Source: Patescibacteria group bacterium
Lineage (GTDB): Bacteria > Patescibacteriota > Patescibacteriia > Patescibacteriales > JAQVLT01
NCBI GenBank assembly: GCA_028704015.1
Contig: JAQVLT010000008.1
Coordinates: forward strand, 1 to 51,941
Length of the DNA: 51,941 nucleotides
Reading direction: 5' to 3'
Positions 8,760 through 15,737 of the stretch are shown piece by piece. Every line of letters starts with the position of its first letter. Within the stretch, counting starts at the first letter, position 1. Under the pieces are notes generated by a model, which had not been told where the DNA came from, searched no databases, and was given only the letters and a program-made list of their open reading frames with translations. The position numbers and the translations under genes were made by a program.

Positions 8760-8804
8760 CCCTGCCCAAACGCAAATAAAAGCGTGCGGGCAGGGTGTTT
8801 TTTT
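8760..8804 (+). terminator. Intrinsic terminator
   Basis: ccctgccc..gggcaggg stem followed by tgttttttt. Confidence 0.7.
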
Positions 8805-8868
8805 ATCTACGAATTACAAATATTTATCCCGGTATATCGGGACAGGCAAATTCACGAATATGAAATTA

Positions 8869-8896
8869 TTGACTTTTATAAATTAAATGATATTAT
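8869..8896 (+). promoter_or_regulatory. Sigma70-type promoter of the cys leader / cysK-cysS operon
   Basis: TTGACT (8869-8874), 16-nt spacer, TATTAT (8891-8896) with a TG extended -10. Confidence 0.7.
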
Positions 8897-8905
8897 ATAA
8901 ACAAG

Positions 8906-8989
8906 ATGAATAATATCAATTTTTTTCAAATAAATATTTGTTGTTGCGCTCTTAGCTTATATTGCCGAGAGCAATGTTGTTGTATTTAG
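8906..8989 (+). CDS. Cysteine-rich leader peptide MNNINFFQINICCCALSLYCREQCCCI (27 aa, 7 Cys)
   Basis: Translated by hand: ATG 8906 to TAG 8987-8989, Cys at codons 12-14, 20 and 24-26. It lies between the promoter and the terminator upstream of cysteine synthase. Confidence 0.85.
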   Translation: MNNINFFQINICCCALSLYCREQCCCI

Positions 8990-9014
8990 ATATTTATTAT
9001 AAATTTCTATAAAT

Positions 9015-9044
9015 TAAAAGCTCTCGGTGAACCGAGAGCTTTTA
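9015..9044 (+). terminator. Attenuator terminator (3:4 helix) upstream of cysK
   Basis: taaaagctctcggt-ga-accgagagctttta. The 5' arm GCTCTCGG (9020-9027) is also complementary to CCGAGAGC (8965-8972) inside the leader ORF. Confidence 0.85.
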
Positions 9045-9108
9045 TAATTAAACCTCACCCTTGCCATTTTTTAGTAATTAGGTGAAAAGGAGGAGGTCGG
9101 AAATTAAT

Positions 9109-10002
9109 ATGATTTACGCAAATATTTTGGAATTAATCGGCAATACGCCGATGGTAAAGATTAATAAAATTAGCCCTAATCAAAAGGTAAATATTTTTGC
9201 CAAACTGGAAGGATTTAATCCGGGCGGAAGCATTAAAGATCGTATTGCTTTAAAAATGATTGAACAGGCGGAGAAAGAGGGGAGGCTAAATTCTTCTAAG
9301 ACAATAATCGAGCCAACATCCGGAAACACAGGCATTGCCTTGGCGATGATCGGCGCGGTGAAAGGTTATCAGGTAGAAATCGTGATGAGCGAGGCAGTGT
9401 CAATTGAGCGAAGAAAAATGATTGAGGCTTTTGGCGGGAAAATTATTCTCACCGATCCAACTAAAGGTACGGACGGCGCGATTATGAAAGCGCGCGAAAT
9501 GGTGAAAAACAATCCGGAAAAATATTTTATGCCGGACCAATTTTCCAATGAATATAATAAATTAGCGCATTATGAATATACGGCGCAAGAAATTTGGGAG
9601 CAAACTGAGGGTAAAATAGATTATTTTGTCTCGGCAATCGGCACTTCCGGGACGCTTATGGGCGTGGGAACTTATTTAAAAAGCAAAAATCCAAAAATTA
9701 AAATTATCAGTGCCGAACCAGTAAGGGGGCATTATATTCAAGGACTTAAAAATATGGAAGAAGCAATTGTTCCTGCGCTATATAATAAAGATTTATTGGA
9801 TGAAATAATTATGGTTGATACTGAAGAAACATTCGACATGGCGCGCCGAGTGACGCGCGAAGAGGGGATTTCGGTGGGCATGAGTTCGGGGGCCGCAATG
9901 CTTGCCGCTGTAAAATTAGCAGAGAAGATTGAAAGGGGAAGTATCGTGACAATTTTTCCGGATAGGGGAGAAAAGTATTTAAGTACGAAGCTATTCGCTT
10001 GA
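9109..10002 (+). CDS. cysK: Cysteine synthase (O-acetylserine sulfhydrylase, CysK/CysM family)
   Basis: NPGGSIKDR (PLP lysine), EPTSGNTG, GTSGTLMG, GMSSGA, FPDRGEKYLS. Strong SD AGGAGGT at 9091-9097. CysK versus CysM cannot be resolved by eye. Confidence 0.93.
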   Translation: MIYANILELIGNTPMVKINKISPNQKVNIFAKLEGFNPGGSIKDRIALKMIEQAEKEGRLNSSKTIIEPTSGNTGIALAMIGAVKGYQVEIVMSEAVSIERRKMIEAFGGKIILTDPTKGTDGAIMKAREMVKNNPEKYFMPDQFSNEYNKLAHYEYTAQEIWEQTEGKIDYFVSAIGTSGTLMGVGTYLKSKNPKIKIISAEPVRGHYIQGLKNMEEAIVPALYNKDLLDEIIMVDTEETFDMARRVTREEGISVGMSSGAAMLAAVKLAEKIERGSIVTIFPDRGEKYLSTKLFA

Positions 10003-10085
10003 GGTAAAAGTAGAAAGTAAAAAGGTAAAAGGCGGTGAAGATTAAAAATGTTGCTAAAAATATCAATTTTCGCTAAAATAAAAGC

Positions 10086-11540
10086 ATGAATAAAATAATT
10101 TTATACAACACATTAACTCGCGAAAAAGAAGAGTTTAAGCCGATTAAAAAGGGTAAAGTCGGATTTTATCATTGCGGGCCGACGGTTTATTGGACGCAGC
10201 ATATTGGCAATATGCGCGGTATGACTTGCGCTGACGTTATTGTTAGAACGTTGAAATATTCCGGTTATGATGTGACGCACATCAGAAATTATACCGATGT
10301 CGGGCATTTAACTTCCGATGAAGATGAAGGCGAGGACAAAATGGAAAAGGGCGCTAAACGTGAAGGATTGAGCCCGGATGACATCGCCAGGAAATATATT
10401 AAAATTTTTGAACAGGACACCGCCGCTTTAAATATTTTGGAACCAAACATAAAAGCGCGCGCCACCGAACATGTTCCGGAAATGATTAAGATGGCAGAAT
10501 CTTTAATTAGCAAGGGATATGCTTATGCCACTGATTTGGCAATTTATTTTGACGTAAATAAATTTAAAGATTACGGAAATTTATCAGGCCAGAGAGTTGA
10601 AGACAAAGAGTCCGGAGCCGGCAAAGGAGAGGTTAGCGATCCGCAAAAAAGAAATCCTGAAGATTTCGCGGTTTGGTTTTTTCGAGCAGGCGCGCATAAA
10701 AATGCTTTACAATTTTGGCCATCGCCATTTCAATCTCCTTTAGTTGAAAATGGTAATGGTTTCCCGGGGTGGCACATTGAATGTTCGGCAATGAGCAAAA
10801 AATATTTAGGCGACACCATTGATATTCATATGGGCGGCATAGAACATATTCCCGTCCATCACACGAACGAAATTGCGCAATCAGAAGCCGCTAATGGGGT
10901 TAAATTTGTTAATTATTGGATTCACAATAATCATCTCGTGGTTAATGATTGCAAGATGGCAAAGTCGGAAGGCACCTGTTACAGCGTTGAGGAGGTGCGG
11001 GAAAAAGGTTTTGATCCGATAGTATTGCGTTATTTTTTCTTGGGAGCGCATTATCGCGCCAAGCAGAATTTTACCTGGGAAGCTTTATTAGCCGCCAGAA
11101 ATGGCTTTGAGCATCTGAGAAATCAGATACGAGATTTAAGATTTAACCTGCCTGCCCTGCCTACCGGACAGGCAGGCAGGGCAGGAAATTCGGATTTAAG
11201 AATTAATGAAAATTTTAAAAATATATTCTTAGAAAAAATAAATGATGATTTTAATATGCCAGAAGCGTTGGCGGTGATGCAAGAAGTTCTAAAATCTGAT
11301 TTGTCGGCCGGAGAAAAATTAGGAACAATTTTCGATTTTGATAAAGTTTTTGGATTAAATCTCGCAGGAGAAAATAACGATTTGCCTTTACCTGAGGAAA
11401 TTCAAAAATTAATTATTAATCGCCAACAGGCGCGTAAAGATAAAAATTTTTCCGAATCAGACAGATTGCGAGATGAGATCGAAAAATTAGGTTTTACAGT
11501 AGAAGATAGCAAAGAGGGAATGAGGGTTTATAAAAAATAA
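10086..11540 (+). CDS. cysS: Cysteine--tRNA ligase
   Basis: CGPTVY..HIGN, PGWHIECSAM, DIHMGG, HHTNE, KMAKS (KMSKS-like), SDRLRDEI anticodon domain. Confidence 0.97.
   Translation: MNKIILYNTLTREKEEFKPIKKGKVGFYHCGPTVYWTQHIGNMRGMTCADVIVRTLKYSGYDVTHIRNYTDVGHLTSDEDEGEDKMEKGAKREGLSPDDIARKYIKIFEQDTAALNILEPNIKARATEHVPEMIKMAESLISKGYAYATDLAIYFDVNKFKDYGNLSGQRVEDKESGAGKGEVSDPQKRNPEDFAVWFFRAGAHKNALQFWPSPFQSPLVENGNGFPGWHIECSAMSKKYLGDTIDIHMGGIEHIPVHHTNEIAQSEAANGVKFVNYWIHNNHLVVNDCKMAKSEGTCYSVEEVREKGFDPIVLRYFFLGAHYRAKQNFTWEALLAARNGFEHLRNQIRDLRFNLPALPTGQAGRAGNSDLRINENFKNIFLEKINDDFNMPEALAVMQEVLKSDLSAGEKLGTIFDFDKVFGLNLAGENNDLPLPEEIQKLIINRQQARKDKNFSESDRLRDEIEKLGFTVEDSKEGMRVYKK
11147..11185. repeat. 39-bp CCTGC..GCAGG palindromic element in frame inside cysS
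   Basis: cctgcctgccctgcctaccggacaggcaggcagggcagg, read as LPALPTGQAGRAG and flanked by GATTTAA heptamers. Confidence 0.8.
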
Positions 11541-11541
11541 C

Positions 11542-11607
11542 ATCTGTTTAAATCTGTCTAAATCCTATGCAAAAAACAGCATAAGATTAAAACAGATTTA
11601 AACAGAT
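11542..11607. repeat. Inverted 29-bp arms built from 10-mer units between cysS and dusB
   Basis: atctgtttaaatctgtctaaatcctatgc matches the reverse complement of 11579-11607 at 26/29 positions. Confidence 0.8.
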
Positions 11608-11613
11608 TTTTTT

Positions 11614-12672
11614 ATGAATAATTTTTGGCAAAAATTAAAAGATAAAAAAAACTCCGCCAAGGGCGGACAGGCAATTTACGCATTGGCGCCGATGGCGGGA
11701 ATTACCGATTCGCCGTTTCGGCAGATTTGCAAAGAATTCGGTGCTGATGTTTTGTATTCCGAAATGGCGAGCGCGACCGCTTTGTTTTATGCCGGAAAAA
11801 ATCTGAAAAATAATCCGACACTGGAATTGATAAAATTTACCCCGAAAGAAAAACCATACGTAGTTCAGCTTTTTGGCAGCGAACCGAAGCACTTCGCACA
11901 TGCCGCAGATTTATTGTCAGGGCAGGGGAAGGCTATCGGACTAAAAGCTAAAAGCTATAACCTAAAAGCTCCTCAGGGTTTTGATATTAATTTCGGCTGT
12001 CCGGTGAAAAAAGTTATTAAACAAGGCGCAGGCGCGGCTCTGTTTCAGGACTTAAAAAAATCCCATGAAGTAATCAAGGCGGTAATTGACAATACAGACT
12101 TGCCGGTGTCCATAAAATTGAGGAGCGCCGCCGGCAAGGTTGATTGTTTGAAATTTTTGGATCGCATGAGTGATTTGAATATTAGTGCCGTAATGATTCA
12201 CGGCCGCAGTCTAACGCAAGGATTTTCCGGCCCGATTGATACAGAAATTATAAAAAAAGCCCGCAATTATTTTGGCGGAGTGATTTTGGCCAATGGCGGA
12301 GTTGGCCCCACCCCCAGCCCCTCTCTTAGCCAGGAGAGGGGAGCTAAAAATTATGTTGATTGGTTGTTAAAAGAATCTAATGCCGATGGTGTTGGCATTG
12401 GACAAGGGGCGCTGGGGAAACCGTGGATCTTTGAAGAAGTGAAAAGTAGAAAATTAAAAGTAAAAAGTGTTAAAGAAATTTTTGAAATTGCTTTAAGGCA
12501 CGCGAAGTTAATGGAGAAATGCAAAGGCAAGCAGGGAATTTTGGAGATGCGGAAACACCTATGTTGGTACACGCAGGGTTTGCCGGGTGCGAGGAAATTG
12601 AGAGAAGACTTGGTAAAAGTAAATACGTTAAAGGAAATTAAAAATATTTTGCAAATAAAAAAGACGAGATAA
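11614..12672 (+). CDS. dusB: tRNA-dihydrouridine synthase (DusB-like)
   Basis: LAPMAGITDSPFRQ, VQLFGSEP, DINFGCP, SIKLR, IHGRS, ANGG, MRKHLCWY. Confidence 0.92.
   Translation: MNNFWQKLKDKKNSAKGGQAIYALAPMAGITDSPFRQICKEFGADVLYSEMASATALFYAGKNLKNNPTLELIKFTPKEKPYVVQLFGSEPKHFAHAADLLSGQGKAIGLKAKSYNLKAPQGFDINFGCPVKKVIKQGAGAALFQDLKKSHEVIKAVIDNTDLPVSIKLRSAAGKVDCLKFLDRMSDLNISAVMIHGRSLTQGFSGPIDTEIIKKARNYFGGVILANGGVGPTPSPSLSQERGAKNYVDWLLKESNADGVGIGQGALGKPWIFEEVKSRKLKVKSVKEIFEIALRHAKLMEKCKGKQGILEMRKHLCWYTQGLPGARKLREDLVKVNTLKEIKNILQIKKTR
12306..12341. repeat. CCCCTCTC..GAGAGGGG REP-like hairpin in frame inside dusB
   Basis: 8-bp stem at 12318-12341 with a C-rich leader, read as PTPSPSLSQERG. Confidence 0.7.
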
Positions 12673-12684
12673 ATCTCGTCTTTT
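12659..12684. terminator. Bidirectional terminator between convergent genes
   Basis: aaaagacgagat-aa-atctcgtctttt overlaps the dusB stop. Confidence 0.8.
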
Positions 12685-12694
12685 GTAAATATTT

Positions 12695-13048
12695 TTATTC
12701 CGTCGGTTTTGTTTTTTGATTTTCTTCAATAATTTTATAGTAACTTTCAAATTTTTCTTGAGCTTCCGGATCGGAAAGCATGGTTTTTTCACCATTATCA
12801 ATAATGCTTCCGAGATATTCAGTTTTAACGGTTTGTTCTTTATTATTTCTGTTTAATTTCGTGGTAATTCTTAATAGTGTAATTTTGGTGTTGTTAATCA
12901 TTCCCGAAATTTCTACATATTCAGCCGACTCCCCGTTTTTTACCGGAATCAGTGTAATTTTTAAATCTTTTATCTGTTCAATCTCCTTGGGGTCTGAATT
13001 ATTTTTCTTCAGCCTTTTAAAGATATTTTCTAAAGCATTATTAAACAT
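12695..13048 (-). CDS. Hypothetical protein (~117 aa)
   Basis: ATG at 13048, just after the corA stop. The track's longer start overlaps corA. Confidence 0.65.
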   Translation of the reverse strand: MFNNALENIFKRLKKNNSDPKEIEQIKDLKITLIPVKNGESAEYVEISGMINNTKITLLRITTKLNRNNKEQTVKTEYLGSIIDNGEKTMLSDPEAQEKFESYYKIIEENQKTKPTE

Positions 13049-13052
13049 ATTT

Positions 13053-14016
13053 TTATAGCCATTTCTTTTTTTCAAAAACCCAAAGCATGCCAAGAGCGGC
13101 AAATAACATTATGCCGATTATAATCCAGAAACCATAGGGATGCCCGATTAATGGCATATTTACCGCGTTCATGCCAAAAATCGCCGCTAGTAAAGTAAGC
13201 GGAAAGATAATAACTGAAAATACCGTTAAAGTTTTCATCACCGAACTGATTTGGTAATTCAAAAAAGATTGGTTAGTATCATGAAGCGCGTCAATCATTT
13301 CTCTTTGGTTATCAATGATTTCCCAAATTCTTTTGGAATGATCTATCAGTGAATAGATAATAATGCTTGATTTGCGCGTGCGAAACAATGGCGCTTTTCA
13401 TTTCCATGAGCCCTTTCAAAATATTTTTATGGTTAAGCATTATTTTTCGCAGATTGATGATATTTCTTTTTAACAAAAGAATTTCGGCGACTGATTTTTT
13501 TTGTTCTTGCGAAAAAATCATTTCTTGGACTTTGTTTATGCTAACACTATTTTTGTCTAAAAGCGGATAGCAGGATATCATTAATTTTTCTAGCAATTCG
13601 TAGAGGAGGACGGCTGAAGATTCAAACTGAAAAGCCAGAACAGAATCGCAATCTTTTTTGCAAGTATTAAAAAAGTTGTTTAGCGTCTCAATGTTGCTAT
13701 TGTTCAGGGTAATGAGATAGCCGTGACTGATAAAAAAATTAATTTCTGCCGGAATAATGTTGCCGTCTTTAAAAATAGGGAAATGCAAAGTAATGAAGAA
13801 ATAATTGTTTTTTTGGTTAAAAATTGGGCGCTCGGCGATAACTTTCGCGGAAGAAGCTTGCAGATGGGCGAGCTCAAAGCCGTATTTTTTTCGCAGGTAT
13901 TCCAATTCTTTTTTTCCAGCCCTGGAAACATTAAGCCAAGTCAATTTTCCTTTGATTTTTGGATTATCAATAATTATTTTTTGGATATTGTCAGAAATTT
14001 TTTGGTAGTTGGACAT
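13053..14016 (-). pseudogene. corA: CorA-family Mg2+/Co2+ transporter split by a frameshift near 13353-13360
   Basis: The first ORF gives the cytoplasmic domain up to IKHYY. A second frame continues SLIDHSKRIWE..MKTLT..FGMN and the TM helices. Confidence 0.8.
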
Positions 14017-14046
14017 AAATTATTAGTATGATAATTAAAAATATTT

Positions 14047-15114
14047 TTATACAACTTTTGTTTTTTCTATTGTTTCGGCTAATGCGTAGACATCAACGTA
14101 ATCGTTAGTATTTTTTTCATTATTATAATGATGGATTTCAAAATGCACATGATTGCCATGCCCTTTTTTTCTGGCGTTAAGCCCTGTATTTCCGCCAATT
14201 CCAATAACTTGGCCTGAATTAACAAAATCCCCCGGCTTGACGTTAACAGAATCTAAATGCGCATAATAATATAGTTCATAATTTTTAGGATTGAATATAA
14301 TAATTGCATTACCGCTTTTTGGGCTGGTTCCTCCGCCTTGATATTCTGATTCTGTCGCGCCACCTTGCCAATCATCAGCGCATCCCAGGACTATTCCAGC
14401 CTTAAGACTGCAAATTTCCGGGCCGATTTCGCGTTCGCCTTGCATTTTTGATGGGTAATATAAATCAATGGCGAAGGTGTGATTTTTAGAAAGTTCGGAT
14501 TTACCCGGAACAGGATTGAATGATGTATTGCGAAAAAGGTAAGATTCTTTTTTCCAGTCACAATCAGCTTCGCCAAAGTATTTAGCGTAAAGTTCAAAAA
14601 TAAGAAAAAATTTTGGTCTTTCCTCTAATATTTCACTAGACGTATTAGCTATCTCTATCATTTTTTTTCCGAAAGGAGTATCGGTATCAATATTGGAGAC
14701 TTTCTCGGGCAACTCTTTCCTTGCATAATTATCAGAGAAAAATAAACAGGCCGCATATTCAATGGGCGGAATAATCGCTTTTTTAATATCGCTAAAAGTA
14801 ATAATTTTTTGATTAAAATAATAAAGTAGATTATCAAAAATATTAGGAATTTTTTTTATATCAAGCTGTTTGATGTTTGTATATGAAATCATGCTGAGAA
14901 CATTTTCGGCGGTATTTTTTTTATCCTCGTTTTTTTGATTTTTATCGGTTTTGTTTAGTGATTCGTTTCTAGAATTATTTTCTTTCCCCGCTTTTTTATC
15001 CCCACCTGCTAATTTATCAGCACCCAAAACAAGACCAGCGGCTACCGTGCATGCTAGAGTTAAAAATTTTCTTCTTGACATTCCCGGTGTTTTTTCTTGT
15101 GCAATTTTTTCCAT
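14047..15114 (-). CDS. M23 family metallopeptidase with twin-arginine-like N-terminus
   Basis: HTFAID, YYAHL, GGNTG and HVHFEI motifs; SRRKFL followed by a hydrophobic stretch. Confidence 0.85.
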   Translation of the reverse strand: MEKIAQEKTPGMSRRKFLTLACTVAAGLVLGADKLAGGDKKAGKENNSRNESLNKTDKNQKNEDKKNTAENVLSMISYTNIKQLDIKKIPNIFDNLLYYFNQKIITFSDIKKAIIPPIEYAACLFFSDNYARKELPEKVSNIDTDTPFGKKMIEIANTSSEILEERPKFFLIFELYAKYFGEADCDWKKESYLFRNTSFNPVPGKSELSKNHTFAIDLYYPSKMQGEREIGPEICSLKAGIVLGCADDWQGGATESEYQGGGTSPKSGNAIIIFNPKNYELYYYAHLDSVNVKPGDFVNSGQVIGIGGNTGLNARKKGHGNHVHFEIHHYNNEKNTNDYVDVYALAETIEKTKVV

Positions 15115-15230
15115 AGTTTTTTATTAAATAAATATACAATTAAATTATAACACAATTTTATATTTTGTGAAAAGATTTTGTTGTGGTATAATATCAACAA
15201 GTTTAAATTTGCGGTTTAATCAAAAAGAAT

Positions 15231-15737
15231 ATGTCCAATAAACAAAATGGCCAGGCAAAATTTAAGGAGGAAATATCACCGGAAATAATTGAAAAAATGA
15301 AAGAAACGCCGGAAACAAAACCGGAGACAAGCGTTGAAATTAGCGTTGAAAAAGCGCCGGAAAAAGTAATGGAGTCTGAAGGCGCGCAAACCGCGGAAAA
15401 AATCGGCGAAGACAGGGGATTGGCGGCAGTGGCGAACGCGCAAGCGCAGAAAGAGCAGAGAAAAAAAGAAGTGGAAAATATTCTCGCAGAAGATTTGGAA
15501 GAATTGTATTTAAGTTTGCCGCCAGATAAGCAAAAAGAATTTAAAAAAATTGGAGAGGAAACAGCGGTTAAGATCAATAATTTGTTGGATAGAGCGAAAA
15601 TCAAGATGCGCCAAGTGATATCTTTAATCAGAAAATGGCTGGCAATAATTCCCGGGGTAAATAAATTTTTTCTTGATCAAGAAGCGAAGATCAAAGCCGA
15701 CGAAATAGTTAAAATGAAGGAAGAAAACAAATTATGA
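15231..15737 (+). CDS. Hypothetical protein, translationally coupled to the TraG-like ATPase
   Basis: 168-aa ORF whose stop overlaps the next ATG by 4 bp. E/K-rich N-terminus; C-terminus WLAIIPGVNKFFLDQEAKIKAD. Confidence 0.8.
   Translation: MSNKQNGQAKFKEEISPEIIEKMKETPETKPETSVEISVEKAPEKVMESEGAQTAEKIGEDRGLAAVANAQAQKEQRKKEVENILAEDLEELYLSLPPDKQKEFKKIGEETAVKINNLLDRAKIKMRQVISLIRKWLAIIPGVNKFFLDQEAKIKADEIVKMKEENKL

Noticed and set aside
6661-8804. Integron cassette array (attC sites)
   Set aside because: I could not find RYYYAAC..GTTRRRY boxes with the expected spacing after the stop codons, and no IntI is present. Kept only as a cassette-like observation.
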